From assembly GCA_044356295.1 (NCBI GenBank), contig JBIKWN010000022.1, forward strand, positions 1 to 34,812: a DNA stretch of 34,812 nt, written 5' to 3'. Under the pieces are notes generated by a model. The model was not told the DNA's origin, did no database searches, and saw nothing but the letters and a program-made list of their open reading frames with translations. Both the position numbers and the translations under genes were made by a program. Origin of the DNA: Bdellovibrionota bacterium. Lineage in GTDB: Bacteria; Bdellovibrionota_C; UBA2361; JBIKWN01. Each line of letters opens with the position of its first letter. Within the stretch, counting starts at the first letter, position 1. This document shows, in pieces, positions 28,968 through 34,812 of this stretch.

Positions 28968-30061
28968 CAACGTCAGCCAATGATATGAACTATTGGAATT
29001 ATCTCAAACTTGAGCAACTGCTTTCTGCTCAAGTGCCGTCGAGTGACATAAATGGGAAACCTGCTCATGATGAGATGCTCTTTATTATTATCCATCAGGT
29101 GTATGAACTTTGGTTTAAACAGATTCTCCATGAACTTGATTCTGTCAGAGGCATGTTTGCTACCAATTATGTTGACGAAAAAAATATTGGCGTTGCCGTT
29201 TCGAGACTTGAACGAGTTATCAAAATTCAAAAACTTCTTGTCCAACAAATTGATGTTATAGAATCGTTGACTCCTCTCGATTTTCTTGATTTCCGAGGGT
29301 ACCTGCCTGGTGCTTCAGGATTTCAGAGCAAGCAGTTTAGAATGGTTGAGAATAAGTTAGGGCTACGCCCAACAGATCGGACTGTATATGGAGGATGTCC
29401 TTATCATTCTCAATATACTGAAGCAGATAGACAAACTGTCCTTGCTACAGAAAACGAACAATCTTTATTTGATTTAGTGGATGGATGGCTTGCGAGGACT
29501 CCATTTCTTGCACATAGCTCTTTTGATTTCTTAAAAGAATTTATAGAAGCATTTCGTACGACAACAAAAGAAGATATTGCTTTCCTTGAGACTTCTTCGA
29601 GTCTTAATCAAGAAGAGAAAAAGCTTCGAACGCAGATGATTCAACAGTCTCTTCAATATGTTGAATCTGCACTTTCAGAGAAAGACTATAGTAAGCTTCT
29701 TGAATCCGGTGAGGTGCGACTTTCTTTTAAAGCGTTTCTTGGAGCTTTGTTTATCAATCTGTATCGTGATCAACCAATTGTGCATATGCCGTTTATGCTC
29801 CTGTCGGCCATCCTTGATGTTGATGAACATTTCAATGTTTGGCGTCATCGTCATTCTATGATGGTGCTTCGAATGATTGGTTCTAAAATGGGGACTGGAG
29901 GTTCTTCTGGGCATGAGTATTTACGTGCAACAGTACATAAGCATAATGTCTTTAACGATCTTTATATGCTTTCAACGTTTTACCTTCCAAGGTCTTCACT
30001 TCCTAAACTTAATGAGACTGTGACCAGAGATTTAGGCTTTTATTTTACAAGTAAGGATTAA
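28964..30061 (+). CDS. kynA: Tryptophan 2,3-dioxygenase (long form)
   Basis: YWNYLKLEQLLSAQ, HDEMLFIIIHQVYELWFKQILHEL, ASGFQSKQFR, WRHRH..MV.RMIG.KMGTGGSSG. Confidence 0.97.
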   Translation: MTTSANDMNYWNYLKLEQLLSAQVPSSDINGKPAHDEMLFIIIHQVYELWFKQILHELDSVRGMFATNYVDEKNIGVAVSRLERVIKIQKLLVQQIDVIESLTPLDFLDFRGYLPGASGFQSKQFRMVENKLGLRPTDRTVYGGCPYHSQYTEADRQTVLATENEQSLFDLVDGWLARTPFLAHSSFDFLKEFIEAFRTTTKEDIAFLETSSSLNQEEKKLRTQMIQQSLQYVESALSEKDYSKLLESGEVRLSFKAFLGALFINLYRDQPIVHMPFMLLSAILDVDEHFNVWRHRHSMMVLRMIGSKMGTGGSSGHEYLRATVHKHNVFNDLYMLSTFYLPRSSLPKLNETVTRDLGFYFTSKD

Positions 30062-30064
30062 ACT

Positions 30065-32362
30065 ATGCGTATTGCATGTATCGGTGGTGGTCCTGCCGGA
30101 CTCTTTTTTTCAATATTAATGAAGAAGGCTAATCCTGATCATGAGATTACAGTGTATGACCGAAACGCTCGAGGGAATACATTCGGGTGGGGTGTTGTTC
30201 TTTCTGATGAAGCATTAAGGAATGTTCGACGTGCCGATTCAATCATTGCGGATCGAATAACTGAAAAGCTTGCTCATTGGGATGATATTGATGTGCACTT
30301 TAAAGGCAGTTGTATTAGTTCATCGGGACATGGATTTTGTGGTGTTGCACGAGATCGGATGCTTGAAATTATGAATGAGCGAGCCGAGTCTCTTGGGGTC
30401 ATTCTAAAATTTGATACCGAGATTGAAGATTACCAATCTCTTGATGCGGATCTTATTGTAGGGTGTGATGGTATTTTTAGCCCAGTACGGTCTCATTTTT
30501 CAAAAGAGTTTGGGACTTCTATTGTAAAAGAAAAAAATAAATTTGTTTGGTTTGGAACTAAAAAAATATTCTCTGCGTTCACTTTTATTTTCATTCCGAC
30601 GAAGTGGGGTTGGTTTCAAGCTCATTGTTACCGTTTTGATAATGAAACCAGTACTTTTATTGTTGAATGCCGTGAAGAGACATGGAGCGCTGCCGGACTT
30701 GATGTCATGGATAAAGAGGATGGCATCGCTTTTTGTGAAACTCTTTTCAAAGAGTACTTAGATGGATATCCACTTTTAACAAAGAGTGCTCACCTCAGAG
30801 GTTCTCATATCTGGATTAACTTTGAACATGTTACCAATGCCCATTGGTACCATAAAAATATTGTTCTCTTAGGGGACGCATCAGCGACAGCTCATTTCTC
30901 AATTGGATCCGGAACGAAACTTTCATTTGAATCTGCAATCGCTTTATCAAAATACATTCACGAAGAGAAAACGCTTGAAAAAGCTTTTGAACGTTATGAG
31001 TCAGAACGGCGACTTGAAGTGGTAAAACTTCAAAATGCAGCGAGAAATAGTAAGGAGTGGTTCGAGACAGTCACCCTTCGTGAGAATCTTGATCCCGAAC
31101 AGTTTGCTTATAGCCTCTTAACGAGAAGCCAACGAATTAGTCACGAAAATTTAAGAGTGCGAGATTCAAAATATTTAACTCGCTTTGAAGAGTGGTTTGC
31201 TTCTTCAACGAAAGCTCCATCTACGAGTGGGCGTCCGCCAATGTTTACTCCTTTTAAACTCCGCTCTCTTGAGATTCCAAATCGTATCGCAGTTTCTCCT
31301 ATGGCTACGTATTCATCTATTGATGGTATGCCTTCTGATTTTCATCTTGTTCATCTTGGATCTCGGGCGCTTGGTGGAGCAGGTCTTATCTTTACAGAAA
31401 TGACGTGTGTCTCTGCAGAAGCGAGAATTACTCCAGGATGTACTGGCATATGGTCAAAAGAGCATGCAGTTTCATGGAAAAGAATAGTAGATTTCATTCA
31501 TCTTCAAAGTCCCGCAAAGGTGGCGCTACAAATTGGTCATGCAGGTCCGAAAGGATCTACAAAAGTAGCTTGGGAAGGAATGGATGAACCACTTGATTCT
31601 GGAAACTGGAGTCTGCTTGCCGCCTCTCCAATTCCGTATAGCTCTAAAAATGCAGTCCCCCGAGCAATGAGCGCCATTGATATGGCTAACGTAAAGAGAG
31701 ACTTTATGAATGCTGCACAGCTAGCCATTGATGCAGGTTTCGATATGCTTGAACTTCACTGTGCTCACGGATACTTACTTTCAAGTTTTCTTTCTCCGCT
31801 TACCAATCAAAGAACTGATGAATATGGAGGTTCCGTCGCGAATCGGTTGAGATATCCACTCGAAATTTTTGAAAGCATTCGAAAGGTATGGCCAAAGGAA
31901 AAACCGATATCTGTTCGAATCTCTGCTGTTGATTGGGTGAAAGGTGGTAACACGATTGATGATGCAATCGAGATTGCAAAAGCATTTAAAGAATACGGTG
32001 CAGACTGTATTGATGTTTCAACTGGGCAAGTGTCACCTGAACAAAAACCTGTATACGGCAGAATGTGGCAAACACCTTTCTCAGATCGAATCCGCGCTGA
32101 GGTAAACATCCCGACACTTGCAGTAGGAAATATATTTGAACCTGATCATGTCAATACTATTATCGGTTCAGGAAGAGCTGACCTTTGCTTATTAGCACGA
32201 CCTCATCTTGCAGATCCTGCCTGGACAATTCGTTCTGCAGCGATGCTTGGTTTTAAAGATCAATGGTGGCCAAATCAATATGAATCTGCGAAAAGACAGC
32301 TTGAAGTAAACTTTGAGCGAGCTGCTCAGATGACTGCTTCAACGAGAGGCGAAACCGTATGA
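30065..32362 (+). CDS. abmA: Anthraniloyl-CoA monooxygenase/reductase (bifunctional salicylyl-CoA 5-hydroxylase/oxidoreductase family)
   Basis: FAD monooxygenase half (GGGPAGL, TFGWGVV, TAHFSIGSGTKL, YSLLTRSQRISHENLR) fused to an Old Yellow Enzyme half (GHAGPKGST, ELHCAHGYLLSSFLSP, ARPHLADP). Confidence 0.93.
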   Translation: MRIACIGGGPAGLFFSILMKKANPDHEITVYDRNARGNTFGWGVVLSDEALRNVRRADSIIADRITEKLAHWDDIDVHFKGSCISSSGHGFCGVARDRMLEIMNERAESLGVILKFDTEIEDYQSLDADLIVGCDGIFSPVRSHFSKEFGTSIVKEKNKFVWFGTKKIFSAFTFIFIPTKWGWFQAHCYRFDNETSTFIVECREETWSAAGLDVMDKEDGIAFCETLFKEYLDGYPLLTKSAHLRGSHIWINFEHVTNAHWYHKNIVLLGDASATAHFSIGSGTKLSFESAIALSKYIHEEKTLEKAFERYESERRLEVVKLQNAARNSKEWFETVTLRENLDPEQFAYSLLTRSQRISHENLRVRDSKYLTRFEEWFASSTKAPSTSGRPPMFTPFKLRSLEIPNRIAVSPMATYSSIDGMPSDFHLVHLGSRALGGAGLIFTEMTCVSAEARITPGCTGIWSKEHAVSWKRIVDFIHLQSPAKVALQIGHAGPKGSTKVAWEGMDEPLDSGNWSLLAASPIPYSSKNAVPRAMSAIDMANVKRDFMNAAQLAIDAGFDMLELHCAHGYLLSSFLSPLTNQRTDEYGGSVANRLRYPLEIFESIRKVWPKEKPISVRISAVDWVKGGNTIDDAIEIAKAFKEYGADCIDVSTGQVSPEQKPVYGRMWQTPFSDRIRAEVNIPTLAVGNIFEPDHVNTIIGSGRADLCLLARPHLADPAWTIRSAAMLGFKDQWWPNQYESAKRQLEVNFERAAQMTASTRGETV

Positions 32363-33129
32363 GCTCACTAAAAGACGATCACGCAATTATTACTGGAGCA
32401 GGGCGAGGCATCGGAGAAGCAATTGCTCGAACACTTGCATCGAGAGGATGTGCAGTGACACTTGTCGGGAGAAACCGAGATGCATTAGAGAAGGTTGCTT
32501 CATCGTTACGAGTTGCATTTGGAACTCGAGCTGAGATTACTGTTATTGATGTGACAAAAGAGTCAGAAGTTCGAGCAGGATTTAAGACTGCGATAAAGAC
32601 ACTTGGTATTCCTTCTATCCTTATTAATAACGCCGGTGCTGCTGAAAGTGCTCCGATTCATTCGATGACAACGGATGTATGGGAGAGGATGATTGCAGTT
32701 AATCTTAATGGCGTTTTTTATTGTACTCGAGAAGTCGTTCCCCAGATGCAAAAAGCAAAGCATGGACGCATTGTTAATATTTCTAGTACTGCTGGCGTCA
32801 GAGGATTTCAATATGTTTCTGCATACTGTGCCGCAAAGCATGGTGTTGTAGGGTTTACTAAAGCTTTAGCAATTGAATTAAACAATAGTGGGATTACAGT
32901 AAACGCAGTATGTCCTGGTTTTACAAATACAGATCTGTTTCAGAAATCAGTAGACGAAGTTGTAAAAAAAACAGCTCGCCCTAGAGAGGAAATAGTTAGA
33001 GAATTTTTAAAAGATGCGCCTGGCGGCAATTTGATTGAGCCTCAAGTGGTAGCTGATAAAGTAGTTTGGTTCTGTGAAAAAGAGCAGCGTTCAGTGACAG
33101 GAGAAGCGCTCGTAATTGAAGGGAAATAA
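32359..33129 (+). CDS. Short-chain dehydrogenase/reductase (AbmB-like 3-hydroxyacyl-CoA dehydrogenase)
   Basis: [13 protein letters not shown]...YCAAK, NAVCPG; ATGA overlap with abmA. Confidence 0.92.
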   Translation: MSSLKDDHAIITGAGRGIGEAIARTLASRGCAVTLVGRNRDALEKVASSLRVAFGTRAEITVIDVTKESEVRAGFKTAIKTLGIPSILINNAGAAESAPIHSMTTDVWERMIAVNLNGVFYCTREVVPQMQKAKHGRIVNISSTAGVRGFQYVSAYCAAKHGVVGFTKALAIELNNSGITVNAVCPGFTNTDLFQKSVDEVVKKTARPREEIVREFLKDAPGGNLIEPQVVADKVVWFCEKEQRSVTGEALVIEGK

Positions 33130-33940
33130 ATTGAATCTACAATCTTTAAAACCAAAACATTTTTTATGGGAAGTTGTCGATTCTGTTGCGACAGTAACCC
33201 TTAATCGTCCAGAGAAGAAAAATCCATTAACATTTGAGTCTTATGCTGAACTTCGTGATACGTTCCTTTCACTGAAAGAAGATAGAACTATTAAATCAGT
33301 CGTCATAACAGGAGCAGGTGAGAACTTCTGTTCAGGAGGTGATGTTCACGAGATCATAGGGAAGCTCGTTGATATGTCAGATAAAGATCTACTGAACTTT
33401 ACTCAGATGACAGGAGATTTAATCAAAGCAATCATGACTGCTCCGCAACCTGTTATTGCTGCAGTCGACGGCGTCTGTGTAGGAGCTGGTGCATGTGTTT
33501 CGATGGCTTCTGATATCCGATTTGGAACGAAACGATCCAAGACTGCATTTCTTTTTGTTCGTGTTGGTCTTGCAGGTTGTGATATGGGGGCATGTGCAAT
33601 TTTGCCGAGAATCATTGGTCATGGAAGAGCTGCAGAGCTTTTTTATTCTGGAAGAAGTTTTAGCGGAGACGAAGGATATCAAAATGGTTTTTATAATCGA
33701 TTAGTAGAACCTGAAACTCTTTTGTCAGAGGCAAAAATATTTGCTCAAGAACTCGCATGTGGCCCAACAGCTGCGCATGCTCTGACGAAAGAAATGCTAA
33801 GACGTGAGTGGGATATGCCAGTTATCGATGCTATCTCTGAGGAAGCTGTTGCCCAAGCGAATTGTATGCAGACAAAAGATTTCAGAAGAGCATACGAAGC
33901 AATAATCAAAAAGCAAAAACCAGTCTATCAAGGGAATTAA
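33116..33940 (+). CDS. Enoyl-CoA hydratase family protein (AbmC-like)
   Basis: [50 protein letters not shown] start. Confidence 0.92.
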   Translation: MKGNKLNLQSLKPKHFLWEVVDSVATVTLNRPEKKNPLTFESYAELRDTFLSLKEDRTIKSVVITGAGENFCSGGDVHEIIGKLVDMSDKDLLNFTQMTGDLIKAIMTAPQPVIAAVDGVCVGAGACVSMASDIRFGTKRSKTAFLFVRVGLAGCDMGACAILPRIIGHGRAAELFYSGRSFSGDEGYQNGFYNRLVEPETLLSEAKIFAQELACGPTAAHALTKEMLRREWDMPVIDAISEEAVAQANCMQTKDFRRAYEAIIKKQKPVYQGN

Positions 33941-34812
33941 ATGTCAGACGTAACGTTTCTCCAATGGCCATTCTTTGATCCAGCACATCGTGAGGCTTTA
34001 AAATCTTTTGAGCAGTGTGCTTCTTCTTCTGTTTTATCATCAGATAAAGAAGAAGAATCAGAAGACGACTCTGCACGCCATTATGTGCGATCGCTTGGGG
34101 AAAAAGGGTCTTTAAAATTTTGTGTGCCAAAAGCGTATGGCGGTGTGACTGATAAACTTGATGTTCGTTCTCTCTGTCTTGGTAGAGAAACATTTGCACG
34201 GCACTCAGCGCTTATGGATTTTTCTTTTGCAATGCAAGGGCTTGGAAGTGGTCCAATATCGCTTTTTGGTTCGGATGCTCAAAAGAAATCGTATCTTCCG
34301 TATGTAGCTCGAGGAGAAAAAATTGCTGCGTTTGCTCTTTCAGAATCTGAAGCCGGATCTGATGTTTCTGCTATTGCCACGTCTGCCGTGAAAGAAGGGA
34401 ATGAATATATTCTTAACGGATCCAAATCTTGGATTTCAAATGCAGGATTTGCTGATTTTTATATTGTCTTTGCACGCACAGGAGAGCAGCCCGGTGCAAA
34501 GGGCTTGAGTGCCTTTATTGTTGACTCAACAGTTGCAGGTTTTTCAGTTTCAGAACGAGTTCGAATATCTTCTCCTCATCCTGTTGGTACACTTTCATTT
34601 AAGAACTGTCGAATTCCAGAGAGTGCTTTGATAGGTAAAAGTGGAGATGGATTTAAGATTGCGATGGGAACACTTGATGTTTTTCGTTCATCAGTTGGTG
34701 CGGCTGCACTTGGTATGGCGCGACGTGCGTTTGACGAGGCGTGTCGATATGCAAAGTCGAGACAAGTTTTTGGAGTCGCACTTTCAGATCAGCAAATGAT
34801 ACAAGATAAAAT
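33941..34812 (+). CDS. Acyl-CoA dehydrogenase (AbmD-like), truncated by the window end; absent from the ORF track
   Basis: Manual translation MSDVTFLQWPFFDPAH...DFSFAMQGLGSGPISLFG...AAFALSESEAGSDV...LNGSKSWISN. Confidence 0.92.
   Translation, partial: MSDVTFLQWPFFDPAHREALKSFEQCASSSVLSSDKEEESEDDSARHYVRSLGEKGSLKFCVPKAYGGVTDKLDVRSLCLGRETFARHSALMDFSFAMQGLGSGPISLFGSDAQKKSYLPYVARGEKIAAFALSESEAGSDVSAIATSAVKEGNEYILNGSKSWISNAGFADFYIVFARTGEQPGAKGLSAFIVDSTVAGFSVSERVRISSPHPVGTLSFKNCRIPESALIGKSGDGFKIAMGTLDVFRSSVGAAALGMARRAFDEACRYAKSRQVFGVALSDQQMIQDK

Overview
Bacterial chromosomal DNA, roughly 35-40% GC by eye, standard genetic code (TGA ends rpsJ and secY). A deltaproteobacteria-like lineage is plausible, but that is inference only. 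There are four zones. (1) 1-1.6 kb: an orphan ORF, probably cut by the window edge, converging on a two-gene module made of a small nucleotidyltransferase and an overlapping 55-aa ORF that the ORF track missed. (2) 1.8-18.0 kb: a sigma70-type promoter and a ~300-nt structured leader, then the contiguous str-S10-spc cluster (rpsL to secY, adk), which stops after adk with no map/infA/rpmJ/alpha operon. Its EF-Tu has a non-canonical switch I. (3) 18.2-27.0 kb: a mixed region with a fatty-acid desaturase, an HD protein, an FKBP, apaG, a sahR-like regulator plus ahcY with a candidate operator, a large acidic orphan and a GC-richer membrane-protein gene bracketed by imperfect inverted repeats. Two copies of a hexamer-built palindromic repeat also lie here. 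(4) 27.0-34.8 kb: a tryptophan catabolic cluster joining the kynurenine route (TDO, divergent cyclase-family formamidase, atypical kynureninase candidate) to the anthraniloyl-CoA monooxygenase (abm) pathway, running off the window. The best leads are the Trp/abm cluster with its atypical kynureninase, the NTase plus small-partner module, the hexamer palindromic element, the IR-bounded cassette and the EF-Tu variant. All calls come from reading motifs by eye; no searches or folding were run.
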